Source: a bacterium | GTDB lineage: Bacteria; Sysuimicrobiota; Sysuimicrobiia; Sysuimicrobiales; Segetimicrobiaceae | Assembly (NCBI GenBank): GCA_035703895.1 | Contig: DASSXJ010000113.1 | Span: forward strand, 4,159-68,158 | DNA: 64,000 nucleotides | Direction of reading: 5' to 3' | Shown here: in pieces, positions 55,702 to 64,000 of the stretch | Layout: every line of letters begins with the position of its first letter | Position numbering within the stretch: the first letter of the stretch is position 1 | Notes under the pieces: generated by a model | Told to the model about the DNA's origin: nothing | The model's database searches: none | The model's input: only the letters and a program-made list of their open reading frames with translations | Program-made: the position numbers and the translations under genes

Positions 55702-56943
55702 ATGGCTCGCGCCTTTGGGCAACGGTGGGGTGAGCTTCGGCCCGGAGACCACATCGGGTTCATCTATGAAGATGTGGGCGAGCTCACGTCGTTTGCCGTG
55801 TCCTTCATCAAAGACGGTCTTGCCCGGGGCGAACGCTGCGTGTACCTTGACGACGAACTTGGGCCGGCTGAGGTGACCGAGGCGCTGGTCAAAGGCGGAG
55901 TGGACGCCAATCGCGCGCTCGACCGCGGCACGTTGGTGATGTCGAGTCCGCGGGAATACTTCGCGCTGCCGCCATTCGAGCCCTCGCGAGTCATAGAGCT
56001 CATGCGCACCCGAGTGACGGAGGCCGTCTCCCGTGGCTTTAGCGGCTTGCGAATCGCCGGGGAAATGACGTGGACGCTCCACGAGGGTATCCGCGACGAT
56101 GCCCTCGTAGAGTATGAGTCGCTCCTCGACAAGGCTCTTGGTTCCGGCCTTCTCACCATGGCGTGTATGTATCGAAGAGATCGATTTCCCGCCGCAGTGC
56201 TCCAGCGATTGGTGCGCAGCCATGCGAAAGTTGTTGCCGGCGATCACGTGTACTTGAGCCTCAGCGCCTTGTTCCAGACCCTTGCCCGATCGGATTTGCA
56301 AGGACTCGTGCAGTCCGCGGGTGAACGCCGCGTACGCCAGGGAGACTTCTATTTTCTCCAGGGGGACCGGGCGACGGAAGTCTATATGCTGACAAGTGGG
56401 GAGGTAAAGCTGGTTCGAGCCGATCCCAACGGGCGAAACGTGATTCTCCGGATTATTGCGCCGGCGGAGCCGTTCGGAGAACGCGCTCTGTTCGGCGGGC
56501 CCACCCGGCTTTCCTCAGCACAAGCATTGGTGGACTCTCGGGCACTTGTCTGGGACGCCCCGACGATTCTTCACGTGATGATGAATCATCCCGCGGTCTC
56601 CTTAGATGCCGTTCGTCTGATGGAAGATAGGCTTGAGCAAGAGCGGATCCGCTTTCAGGATCTTGCCACAGCGCCTGTAGAACGCCGCCTGGCGCGTCTG
56701 TTGCTCCGCCTCGCCCAATCGATGGGGCGCAAGACGCCGCAGGGAATGGACATTGAGCTTTCGCTCTCGGGACAGGATTTGGCAGAACTGACGAGCGCCA
56801 CGCCGTCCACGGTCAGCCGAATTCTTGCGGAGTGGAGGCGCTCGGACATTGTAGACGCGCGGCGCGAGCGGATCTCCATTCTGAACCCCGAGCGCGTCGG
56901 TGCTATCGCTGGGGTAAGCGGCGATGAACGACCTTCCGCGTGA
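55702..56943 (+). CDS. MEDS-domain / Crp-FNR-family fusion transcriptional regulator
   Basis: N-terminal ~200 aa carry MEDS hallmarks (HIGFIYED... and LRIAGEMTW). The C-terminal half has a cNMP-binding-like beta-roll (YFLQGDRATEVYMLTSGEVKL...FGERALF) and a Crp-type HTH (LSGQDLAELTSATPSTVSRILAEW). Alternative GTG start at 55624 has an AGGGAAGG SD. Confidence 0.75.
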   Translation: MARAFGQRWGELRPGDHIGFIYEDVGELTSFAVSFIKDGLARGERCVYLDDELGPAEVTEALVKGGVDANRALDRGTLVMSSPREYFALPPFEPSRVIELMRTRVTEAVSRGFSGLRIAGEMTWTLHEGIRDDALVEYESLLDKALGSGLLTMACMYRRDRFPAAVLQRLVRSHAKVVAGDHVYLSLSALFQTLARSDLQGLVQSAGERRVRQGDFYFLQGDRATEVYMLTSGEVKLVRADPNGRNVILRIIAPAEPFGERALFGGPTRLSSAQALVDSRALVWDAPTILHVMMNHPAVSLDAVRLMEDRLEQERIRFQDLATAPVERRLARLLLRLAQSMGRKTPQGMDIELSLSGQDLAELTSATPSTVSRILAEWRRSDIVDARRERISILNPERVGAIAGVSGDERPSA

Positions 56944-56954
56944 CCCCTACCGGA

Positions 56955-57338
56955 TCACGAGACGGTGGGCAGCCCCAGCGTGAGCCGGACGGTGGTGCCG
57001 GCCGCGGTGGCATTGACGTGTACGCTGTCCGTGAGCGCCCGCATCAACTCGAGCCCGTGTCCGCGGCGTCGCCCCGACCGCCTCCAACGGCCGCGGTCCT
57101 CAACCTCGATCACCAGCATCGGGCCCTCCTGGCGTGCCCTCAGGAAGATTGTCCCCCCGGAGCCCAGGTAGGCGTGCTCGATCGCGTTGCTGACCGCCTC
57201 CCCGACCGCCACGAGCAGGCCTTCGGACTGTTCTCGATCGAGTTCGAGATCACGGGCGAGGGCCCTGAGCGCCCGTCGGATGTGCTGCAGGACGTGGGGG
57301 TCTGCCGGAACGCTCAAGTCCAACCGATCGACAAGAAC
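56955..57338 (-). CDS. HATPase_c-type anti-sigma-factor/serine kinase-like protein (RsbW-like)
   Basis: The C-terminal part (LAVGEAVSNAIEHAY...GTIFL...GHGLELM) is the Bergerat ATP-binding fold of RsbW/SpoIIAB-like kinases. The ORF extends to 57617, but the N-terminal 90 aa look non-coding and would abut the LOG gene, so the start was placed at an internal GTG about 57338. This is uncertain. Confidence 0.55.
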   Translation of the reverse strand, partial: VLVDRLDLSVPADPHVLQHIRRALRALARDLELDREQSEGLLVAVGEAVSNAIEHAYLGSGGTIFLRARQEGPMLVIEVEDRGRWRRSGRRRGHGLELMRALTDSVHVNATAAGTTVRLTLGLPTVS

Positions 57339-57618
57339 GCTCGGGGTTGGGCGGCGCTTGGGCTGCGTCGCGGTGCGGAGGCCGAAGCCAAGCTTATCGA
57401 TCAACGCGCGGACCAACACCGCGGCACCAACTCGTTCGTCCTCGTGGCGCACTCTGCGCCCTCGTGTCACAATACCCGTAACCGAACGCTCTCGCACAAC
57501 GGCTGCGGCGTTCGCCGGATTGTTGATCGACAGATACTTACCCTCTTCCCGGTCGTCCCAAACACCGGGACGAGCCCGGCGGTGCAGATTTACCGATGAT
57601 GCGACGAGGAGGAACACG

Positions 57619-58173
57619 ATGGCGGTGGCTCGCGTGACCGTGTTCGGGTCGTCCCGAGCGGCCGAGGGTGAGCATGGGTATCAGGAGGCGCTGCGCCTCG
57701 GCCGGTTGCTCGCGGGAGCAGGGTACGCGGTGTACTCGGGCGGATACGGCGGCGCGATGGAGGCCGTGAGCCGAGGGGCGGCGGATGCCGGCGGCATGGT
57801 GGTCGGGATCACGGTCCAACCGTGGGCGCCCCGCCTCCAGGCGAACTCCTGGGTGGGCGAGGAAGTCGTCACCCCGCACCTCTTCGAGCGGCTGCTGCGA
57901 TTGACAGAGAGCGACGCATTCGTCGCCCTCCCCGGCGGGCCGGGCACCCTCGGCGAAATGGCGCTCGTGTGGAACCTCTTCCAAACGGAGTCCGCCCCAA
58001 TCCGGCCCCTCATCCTGGTTGGTGCCCAATGGCGTCGGTTGGTCCGATGCTTCGAAGCGGAACTGCGTGTCGAGGCGAGGGATCTCGAGCTCCTGCAGTT
58101 TGCCGCGACGGTGGACGAGGTCCTCCCCCTCCTCCTCGGTCACTCGACCGGCGCGGCGAGCACCTCGGAGTAG
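57619..58173 (+). CDS. LOG-family protein (TIGR00730; cytokinin riboside 5'-monophosphate phosphoribohydrolase-like)
   Basis: VTVFGSSR...GYAVYSGGYGGAMEAVSRGAADAGGMVVGI...PGGPGTLGEMALVW are the LOG/YvdD family motifs (GGGxGxMG and PGGxGTxxE). GAGGAGG SD 6 nt upstream of ATG 57619. Confidence 0.8.
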   Translation: MAVARVTVFGSSRAAEGEHGYQEALRLGRLLAGAGYAVYSGGYGGAMEAVSRGAADAGGMVVGITVQPWAPRLQANSWVGEEVVTPHLFERLLRLTESDAFVALPGGPGTLGEMALVWNLFQTESAPIRPLILVGAQWRRLVRCFEAELRVEARDLELLQFAATVDEVLPLLLGHSTGAASTSE

Positions 58174-59585
58174 GACACCGGCGTCGGAAACATCTTCCAC
58201 GGGTTCATGATGCCGATGGGGTCGAACACGGCTTTGAGCCGGCGCATCGCGTCGAGATCCGCCTCGCTGAAGATCCACGACATGTAGTTGTTCTTCTCAA
58301 ACCCGATCCCGTGCTCCCCGGAGATCGTGCCGCCGGATGCGACACACAGGCGCAGCATCTCTTCCCCGGCACGGATGACCCGTTCGGTCTCTCCCGGGAT
58401 GCGCGCATCGAAGATAATGATGGGGTGCAGGTTGCCGTCTCCTGCGTGAAAGACGTTGACCAAGGTCAGTGCATCGCGACGAGCGATCTCCTGCACGCGG
58501 CGCAGAACGGCGGGAAGCCTAGACCGGGGCACGGTGGCATCGTGGAGGTAGTAGTTGATCGCGATGCGACCGAGCGTGCCAAAGGCGGCCTTGCGCCCCA
58601 ACCACAGGGCCTGCCGCTCCTCCTCGGTATGCGCGATCCGGACGTCCTGCGCGCCGTGGCGGCGGCAGATCTCCTCCACCAGATTGCGCAGCCGCGGGAG
58701 GACCTCGCGGATCCCCTCCACCTCGATGAGCAGCACGGCTTCCGCGTCCAGCGGGTATCCGGCATGGACAAACGGCTCGACGACCCGGATCGCGTTGCGG
58801 TCCAGCATCTCAAGCGCGACGGGGCCCACACCTCGCCCGATCACCTCGGTGACGGCCTCGCTGGCCCAGTCGAGGTCCTCGAACACCGCGAGCAACGTGG
58901 TGACGGCCTCGCGCCGCCGGAGCAGCTGCACCCACACGCGCGTGACGATGCCAAAGGTCCCTTCCGATCCTACGACCAGCCCGGTCAGATCGAGCCCCGG
59001 GGGATCGGGACCGGTGGCACCGACGCGGACCAGCGCTCCGCTCGGCAACGCGATCTCCAGGCCGAGGATGTGGTTGGTCGTGACCCCGTACGCGATCGTG
59101 TGGGGACCGCCGGAGTTGTGGGCGACGTTCCCGCCGATGCTGCTCGCATACTGGCTGGAGGGATCCGGTGCGTAGAAGTAGCCGGCGTCACCCACGGCCC
59201 GAGAGATCTCGATGTTGGTGACGCCCGGCTCGACCACGGCGATGCGGTTCATAAGGTCGATTTCCAGGATGCGGTTCATGCGCGTCATGACCACGACGAC
59301 CCCGCCAATGATCGGCAGGGCGCCGCCTGCGACTCCGGTCCCGGCCCCGCGGGGGACCACGGGCGCCTGGTGCCGCGCCGCGATCCGGAGCACCTGGACG
59401 ACCTCCTCCGCCGAGCCCGGCAACACGGCCAGGTCTGGCACCGCCGTAAAGTTGGACGCGTCGTACTCGTAGGCCAGCAGGTCGCCCGGCTCCGAGAGCA
59501 CGTGTCCGGCACCCACGACGTCGCGCAACTCCCGAACGAGCGCGCCGCGGGAGGCCAAGTGTACCCGAGCCTCGGAGAGGTTCAT
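58140..59585 (-). CDS. FAD-linked oxidase (GlcD/D-lactate dehydrogenase-like, FAD_binding_4 + FAD-oxidase_C)
   Basis: PVVPRGAGTGVAGGALP FAD-binding motif, ...GNVAHNSGGP..., C-terminal ...GGTISGEHGIGFEK.... Confidence 0.85.
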   Translation of the reverse strand: MNLSEARVHLASRGALVRELRDVVGAGHVLSEPGDLLAYEYDASNFTAVPDLAVLPGSAEEVVQVLRIAARHQAPVVPRGAGTGVAGGALPIIGGVVVVMTRMNRILEIDLMNRIAVVEPGVTNIEISRAVGDAGYFYAPDPSSQYASSIGGNVAHNSGGPHTIAYGVTTNHILGLEIALPSGALVRVGATGPDPPGLDLTGLVVGSEGTFGIVTRVWVQLLRRREAVTTLLAVFEDLDWASEAVTEVIGRGVGPVALEMLDRNAIRVVEPFVHAGYPLDAEAVLLIEVEGIREVLPRLRNLVEEICRRHGAQDVRIAHTEEERQALWLGRKAAFGTLGRIAINYYLHDATVPRSRLPAVLRRVQEIARRDALTLVNVFHAGDGNLHPIIIFDARIPGETERVIRAGEEMLRLCVASGGTISGEHGIGFEKNNYMSWIFSEADLDAMRRLKAVFDPIGIMNPWKMFPTPVSYSEVLAAPVE

Positions 59586-59598
59586 GAGGAACGACCCG

Positions 59599-60993
59599 CT
59601 AGACCGTGGGCAGGTTCGAGGCGTTCCAGGCGGTGATGCCCCCTACGAGATCGGCGACCTCCGGCACCCCGTGCCGCTCCAGGACGCTCGCTGCCATCGA
59701 CGAGCGGTATCCGCTGGCGCAATGGACCACGACCGTCCGCGGGCCACACGGAACTTCGGCGAGGCGCTCCAGGAGATGCTGCAGGGGGATGTGCATGCTT
59801 CCCGCGATGCTGGCGCCCGTCCGCTCGGCCTCTCCACGGACGTCGAGCACGACCGGCGGCTCGGGAGACGCCAGTAACTCCGCGAGCGCGTGCGCCGTGA
59901 CACGAGGGGTCCGCCGGAGAAGGTCGCGGCGCATCCCAACCGCCTCGATCCCCCCCTCGAGATACCCGGCGACATGATCGAAGCCGATGCGGCCCAAGCG
60001 CATGGCCGCCTCCGACTCCCGGCCCAAGCCCGCGATGATCACGATCGGTCGCTCGCGGTCCAGGAGCGTCCCCGCCCAGCTCGCATACTGGCCCCCCAGC
60101 CCGATGTTCACGCTGCCCAGCAGATGCGCCGCCGCAAAGTCCGCGGGATCCCGCGCGTCGAGCAGCTGCGCCTGGTCGCCTCGAAGCCGGACGACCTCCT
60201 CGATGGTGAGCGCCCGCAACCCCCTCGCGAGCGCGCGCTCGAGCGTGGGACGCTCTTTGGCGTTGAGGATCGCGTCGAAGGTGAAGTACGCAGGCGCGTC
60301 CGGCTGGTCCGCAGTCACGATCTTCATGAACGTGTCCCTGCTCATCGGCTGCAGCGCGTAGTTGTACCGCCGCTGGACGCCGATCGTCGAGACGGTCTCC
60401 TTGCTGATGTTCCTGCCGCAGAGCGACCCGGCTCCATGGGTGGGGTAGACCAGCGTGTCGTCGGGGAGGGTGAGCAGCTTGTCGTGGAGGGAGTCGTAGA
60501 GCATGCCGGCGAGTTGGTCGGCCGACCAGCCGAGGGAGGCACGCAGATCCGGCCGCCCGACCTCCCCGATGAACAGGGTATCTCCGGTCAGCACGGCGGA
60601 CGGACGCGCGCCGTCCTTGCCGAGGTCATGCACGAGGACGCAGATCGATTCGGGTGAGTGGCCGGGGGTCTCGAGGGCCGTTAGGCGCACGGAGCCAAAC
60701 GAGACCGCCTCCCCATCGCCCAGCGGGACAAACGCGTACTCGGCCCGTGCTGCTCGGCCGAGGTAGATTTTCGCGCCCGTGCGGTCCCGCAACTCCAGGT
60801 GTCCCGCCACGAAGTCAGCGTGGAAGTGCGTCAAAAAGACGTGCCGGATCTCGACCCCGAGGCGCTCCGCATCCGCCAAGTACTGGTCGACGTCGCGCTG
60901 CGGATCGATCACCGCCGCGGTGCGGCTCTCCTCGTCGGCCACGAGGTAGGACGCGTGGGCGAGGCATCCGAGGTAATACTGTGTCAGGATCAT
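59599..60993 (-). CDS. MBL-fold metallo-hydrolase fused to two rhodanese domains (persulfide dioxygenase-sulfurtransferase-like)
   Basis: N-terminal metallo-beta-lactamase motif LTHFHADFVAGH with ...TPGHSPES.... Two C-terminal rhodanese-like modules, one with a Cys loop CASGYRSS. Confidence 0.8.
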   Translation of the reverse strand: MILTQYYLGCLAHASYLVADEESRTAAVIDPQRDVDQYLADAERLGVEIRHVFLTHFHADFVAGHLELRDRTGAKIYLGRAARAEYAFVPLGDGEAVSFGSVRLTALETPGHSPESICVLVHDLGKDGARPSAVLTGDTLFIGEVGRPDLRASLGWSADQLAGMLYDSLHDKLLTLPDDTLVYPTHGAGSLCGRNISKETVSTIGVQRRYNYALQPMSRDTFMKIVTADQPDAPAYFTFDAILNAKERPTLERALARGLRALTIEEVVRLRGDQAQLLDARDPADFAAAHLLGSVNIGLGGQYASWAGTLLDRERPIVIIAGLGRESEAAMRLGRIGFDHVAGYLEGGIEAVGMRRDLLRRTPRVTAHALAELLASPEPPVVLDVRGEAERTGASIAGSMHIPLQHLLERLAEVPCGPRTVVVHCASGYRSSMAASVLERHGVPEVADLVGGITAWNASNLPTV

Positions 60994-62171
60994 GTTGCCT
61001 CGACGATCGCCGCGATCCCCTGGCCTCCCCCGATGCAGAGCGTCGCGAGCCCGAACCGCTGGCGGCGGCGCCGCAGCTCATAGAGGAGGGTCAGCAGCAA
61101 CCGGGCGCCGCTCGCGCCGATCGGATGGCCGAGCGCGATCGCTCCGCCGTTTGGGTTCACGCGCTCCCGGTCGAGTCCCAATTCCTTCTCGACGGCGAGA
61201 TATTGGGCGGCAAACGCTTCGTTGACCTCGACCACGTCGATCGCATCCAGCCTCAGCTCAGCGCGGGCGAGCGCGTCGCGGCTCGCCGGCGCCGGCCCGA
61301 TGCCCATGATTTCCGGGGGCACACCCACCGTGGCCCAGGCGAGGAGGCGGCCCAGCGGTTTCATCCCTGAACGGACCGCGAACCGGTCGGTGGCGAGCAC
61401 GACGGCAGCGGCGCCGTCGTTGATCCCGCTGCTGTTCCCCGCGGTGACGGTGCCGGGCTCCCGGAACCGGGCAGGCAACTGCCGAAGTCGCTCGACCGTG
61501 GTCTCAGGACGGATGTGTTCGTCCTCCGCGACGGCGGCCGAACCGCGGCGGCCGTCCGGGGCCTGCACCGGGACAATCTCCTCGGCGAACCGTCCCGTAG
61601 CGCGGGCGCGGGCTGCCAGCACGTGGCTTCGGGCCGCGAACTCATCCTGGGCGTCGCGGGTGATGCGATATTCCTCCGCTAAGTTCTCGGCGGTCTCCGC
61701 CATCCCCAGGCCGCATCCGGCGTCGGTGAGCGCGGCCCACAGCCTGTCTTCGAGCACCCCCGGTCCGAGCGGTAAGCCCTCGCGGGCACCCCGCACCACG
61801 AACGGCGCCTGACTCATGTTCTCGGTCCCGCCGGCCAAGACGACTTCGGCCTCGCCGCCTTGGATCAGCCGCGCGCCCGAGACGACCGCCTCGAGCCCGG
61901 ATCCACATAAACGGTTGACCGTGAGCGCGGGACACTCGACGCGAACCCCGACGCCGAGCCCCACGTGGCGCGCCAGATAGACGGCGTCGGAGCTCGATTG
62001 GATCACGTTGCCGAAGATGACGTGGTCGATGGCCTCGGAAGACACGTTCGAGCGGGCCAGCGCCCCGTTCGCCGCCGCGACGCCCAACTGCGTCGCCGTG
62101 ACGCTGCGGAGCCCGCCCCCGAAGCGCCCGAATGCCGTGCGGGCTCCCTCGAGGATCACGACGTCACTCAT
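60990..62171 (-). CDS. acetyl-CoA C-acyltransferase (thiolase)
   Basis: Active-site Cys context VNRLCGSGLEA, C-terminal ...NPNGGAIALGHPIGASGARL... and ...CIGGGQGIA... thiolase signatures. Confidence 0.9.
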   Translation of the reverse strand: MSDVVILEGARTAFGRFGGGLRSVTATQLGVAAANGALARSNVSSEAIDHVIFGNVIQSSSDAVYLARHVGLGVGVRVECPALTVNRLCGSGLEAVVSGARLIQGGEAEVVLAGGTENMSQAPFVVRGAREGLPLGPGVLEDRLWAALTDAGCGLGMAETAENLAEEYRITRDAQDEFAARSHVLAARARATGRFAEEIVPVQAPDGRRGSAAVAEDEHIRPETTVERLRQLPARFREPGTVTAGNSSGINDGAAAVVLATDRFAVRSGMKPLGRLLAWATVGVPPEIMGIGPAPASRDALARAELRLDAIDVVEVNEAFAAQYLAVEKELGLDRERVNPNGGAIALGHPIGASGARLLLTLLYELRRRRQRFGLATLCIGGGQGIAAIVEAT

Positions 62172-62328
62172 AGGCCCCTCCCTGCCCGAATCCGTGGCTG
62201 CCGGGTCTTTCCGGGGGAGGCGAGGAACTCCTCCTGCCGGCGAGAAACGACATCACCAGGGTGAAACGCCGGCCGCGCGGAGTTGCTTCCGCGACCCACG
62301 AGGTCCATACCCTCGAGGAGGTCACTCC

Positions 62329-62727
62329 ATGATCACGTTCGACCACGTCGCCATCGCCGTCCGCCGGATCGCCGAGGCGGCGACGTTCGTTGAGGAGATG
62401 TTGGGCGGCGTCCCCGGCGAAGGCGGTGAGGGCGGTGGATTTACGTTCCAGCAGTGGACCTTTCCCGGCGGCACGGTCGAGCTGTTGGAACCCCGCGGGG
62501 AAGGCAGCTTCCTGCGCCGCTTCCTCGACGAACGCGGGGAAGGGTTGCACCACATCACCTTCAAGGTGCAGGATCTCCCCCAATGGGCCTCCCGGCTCCG
62601 CGCGGCCGGCTATAGGGTGGTCGGCGAGAACTACGACAACCCGGAGTGGCGGGAGATCTTCGTACACCCCAAAAGCGTGCACGGGGTGCTCATCCAACTC
62701 GCCGAGACGCTATCGGCACACAGGTAA
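62329..62727 (+). CDS. VOC-family protein (methylmalonyl-CoA epimerase/glyoxalase-like)
   Basis: MITFDHVAIAVRRIAEAATFVEEMLGG...GLHHITFKVQDL is a VOC betaalphabetabetabeta module. GAGGAGG SD 7 nt upstream of ATG 62329. The ORF-track start at 62008 is antisense to the thiolase and unlikely. Confidence 0.75.
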   Translation: MITFDHVAIAVRRIAEAATFVEEMLGGVPGEGGEGGGFTFQQWTFPGGTVELLEPRGEGSFLRRFLDERGEGLHHITFKVQDLPQWASRLRAAGYRVVGENYDNPEWREIFVHPKSVHGVLIQLAETLSAHR

Positions 62728-62736
62728 TGCACGGCC

Positions 62737-64000
62737 TCACGGCCCCGTCGCGATCTCGGCCCGGAGCTGCCGGCAGGCCTCCCGCGCTTCCTCGATCGAT
62801 CCCTCGTCCTCGATCGTCGAGACGTCGCCCGGATCGCGTCCCAGCACGAGCGCCTTGAGGACGCGCCGCATGATCTTCCCGCTGCGCGTCTTGGGCGCCA
62901 TGCTTACGAAGTGGAGATCCGCGATCACCGCCACGGGCCCCAGTTCCCGGCGCGCCGTCTCGAGCAGGGCCTGCTTGAGGGTTGGAGACGCCTCGTGCCC
63001 CACCTTGAGCACGATGAACGCGCTGATCACTTCGCCGCGGATCGGATCGGGGCGGCCGGTGACCGCGGCCTCCGCGACGGCCGGATGCTTGAGGAATGCG
63101 GTCTCGACCTCGATCGTGCCGATCCGGTGGGAGGCGATCTTGATGATCTCGTCCGCCCGGCCGACGAACCACACGTATCCATCCTCGTCGATGTGCGCGG
63201 AGTCGCCCGTATAATAGGCGCGGGGGATGCGTTCCCAGTAATCCCGCGCGTAGCGCTCCGTTTCGCCCCACAGGGTCTGAATCAGTCCAGGGAATGGCCG
63301 CCTGATGACCATGATCCCCTTCTCCCCGGCCGCACACGGCGCGCCGTCCGGGGTGACCACCGCCGCGTCGATGCCGGGGAGCGGGATCCCCGCCGAACCA
63401 GGCTTGATGGGGAGTAACCCCAACCCGTAGGGGTTGCCGAACACAGGGCCTCCGGTTTCCGTCTGCCACATATGGTCGATCACCGGCACCCGACCGCCGA
63501 GCACGCGGTTCTGTAGCCACTCCCAGGCGGGAGGGTTGAGCACCTCGCCTGCGCAGAACACCCGCTCGAGCGAGGACAGGTTGAACTTGCGGGCGTGCTC
63601 CTCCCCATATCGCATCAGGAGGCGGACGCCGGTCGGCGACGTGAAGATGCCGGACACGCCAAATTCCTCGACCACCTGCCAGAGCACGTCCGGGGCGGGG
63701 TGGTCGAGGGCGCCCTCATACGCGATCGTCGTGCAGCCGGAGAGCAGCGGCGCGTAGACGATATAGCTGTGGCCTACCACCCATCCGATGTCGGAGGTGG
63801 ACCACCACACATCGTCCGGCTTCATGCCGAACACCCAGCGTCCCATACTGTGAATGTAGACCTGGTACCCCCCGTGCGTGTGCACGGCCAGCTTTGGCTT
63901 CGCGGTCGTCCCCGAGGTCGCCAGGATATACGCGGGCTCGTTCGCTTCCATCGGCACGGCATCCCCGCTCTGACCCGCGCCCTGCGCGAGGAACTCGGTC
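62737..64000 (-). CDS. Acs-like acyl-CoA synthetase (acetate/propionate--CoA ligase family), N-terminus beyond window
   Basis: The C-terminal ...KTRSGKIMRRVLKAL and the ILATSGTTAKPK phosphate-binding loop are Acs/PrpE-like. The reading frame stays open to position 64000 (translation ...TEFLAQGAGQSGDAVPMEANEP...), so the gene is truncated by the window edge. Confidence 0.85.
   Translation of the reverse strand, partial: TEFLAQGAGQSGDAVPMEANEPAYILATSGTTAKPKLAVHTHGGYQVYIHSMGRWVFGMKPDDVWWSTSDIGWVVGHSYIVYAPLLSGCTTIAYEGALDHPAPDVLWQVVEEFGVSGIFTSPTGVRLLMRYGEEHARKFNLSSLERVFCAGEVLNPPAWEWLQNRVLGGRVPVIDHMWQTETGGPVFGNPYGLGLLPIKPGSAGIPLPGIDAAVVTPDGAPCAAGEKGIMVIRRPFPGLIQTLWGETERYARDYWERIPRAYYTGDSAHIDEDGYVWFVGRADEIIKIASHRIGTIEVETAFLKHPAVAEAAVTGRPDPIRGEVISAFIVLKVGHEASPTLKQALLETARRELGPVAVIADLHFVSMAPKTRSGKIMRRVLKALVLGRDPGDVSTIEDEGSIEEAREACRQLRAEIATGP

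Noticed and set aside
56955-57617. Full 220-aa ORF for the HATPase-like gene
   Set aside because: It would start 1 nt from the LOG gene start on the opposite strand. Its first ~90 aa lack any domain character. A shorter RsbW-sized product from an internal GTG is more plausible, though the exact start remains uncertain.
62008-62328. 5' extension of the VOC gene ORF (MPKMTWSMASEDTFERASAP...)
   Set aside because: It is antisense to the 5' end of the thiolase gene and lacks an RBS. The internal ATG at 62329 has a GAGGAGG SD and starts exactly at the conserved VOC N-terminus.
1-64000. Search for CRISPR arrays, tandem repeats, IS elements, integrases or phage blocks
   Set aside because: No regularly spaced direct repeats, no transposase- or integrase-like translations and no long terminal inverted repeats were seen. 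Intergenic space is small.

Overview
This is a GC-rich bacterial window with almost no non-coding DNA, apart from a few short islands of lower GC content. I found no rRNA, tRNA, CRISPR array or transposase. The coding content is mostly transport and catabolism.

Main contents:
- Five Dpp/Opp-type ABC importer modules, each a family-5 substrate-binding protein plus two permeases. None has an ATPase gene. Each is linked to a different set of enzymes: an amidohydrolase, an M42 peptidase, and an acyl-CoA ligase/thioesterase/dehydrogenase set.
- A TetR-regulated efflux operon (HlyD adaptor, a two-domain ABC ATPase, two ABC-2 permeases).
- Two luciferase-like (LLM) flavin oxidoreductases, several amidohydrolases, a molybdopterin oxidoreductase and a GH5 glycosidase.
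- A patatin-like phospholipase transcribed divergently from a metallophosphoesterase.
- A pair comprising a FAD-dependent oxidoreductase and a protein resembling the N,N-dimethylformamidase large subunit.
- A YciI-like gene followed by an ECF-type sigma factor.
- A signalling cluster: an HD-GYP protein with PAS and GAF domains, a DUF2294 protein, a MEDS–Crp/FNR fusion regulator and an HATPase-type partner.
- A final block encoding a GlcD-like oxidase, a metallo-beta-lactamase-fold protein with rhodanese domains, a thiolase, a VOC protein and an Acs-like ligase.

Leading candidates for an undescribed system:
- A low-GC island at about 10.55–12.7 kb. An XRE-type helix-turn-helix regulator with TPR repeats (the architecture of RNPP/Rgg quorum-sensing receptors) sits directly downstream of a 51-aa ORF with a signal-peptide-like N-terminus and next to a 64-aa zinc-ribbon ORF. 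This could be a peptide-based signalling pair outside the Firmicutes.
- A 57-aa secreted, proline-rich peptide ORF with a strong ribosome-binding site at 19531–19704. It was missed by the ORF track because it is shorter than 60 aa.
- A sigma-factor gene whose conserved N-terminus has no canonical start codon.

Every call comes from reading the translations and the DNA directly. Family names are similarity judgements from memory, not search results.
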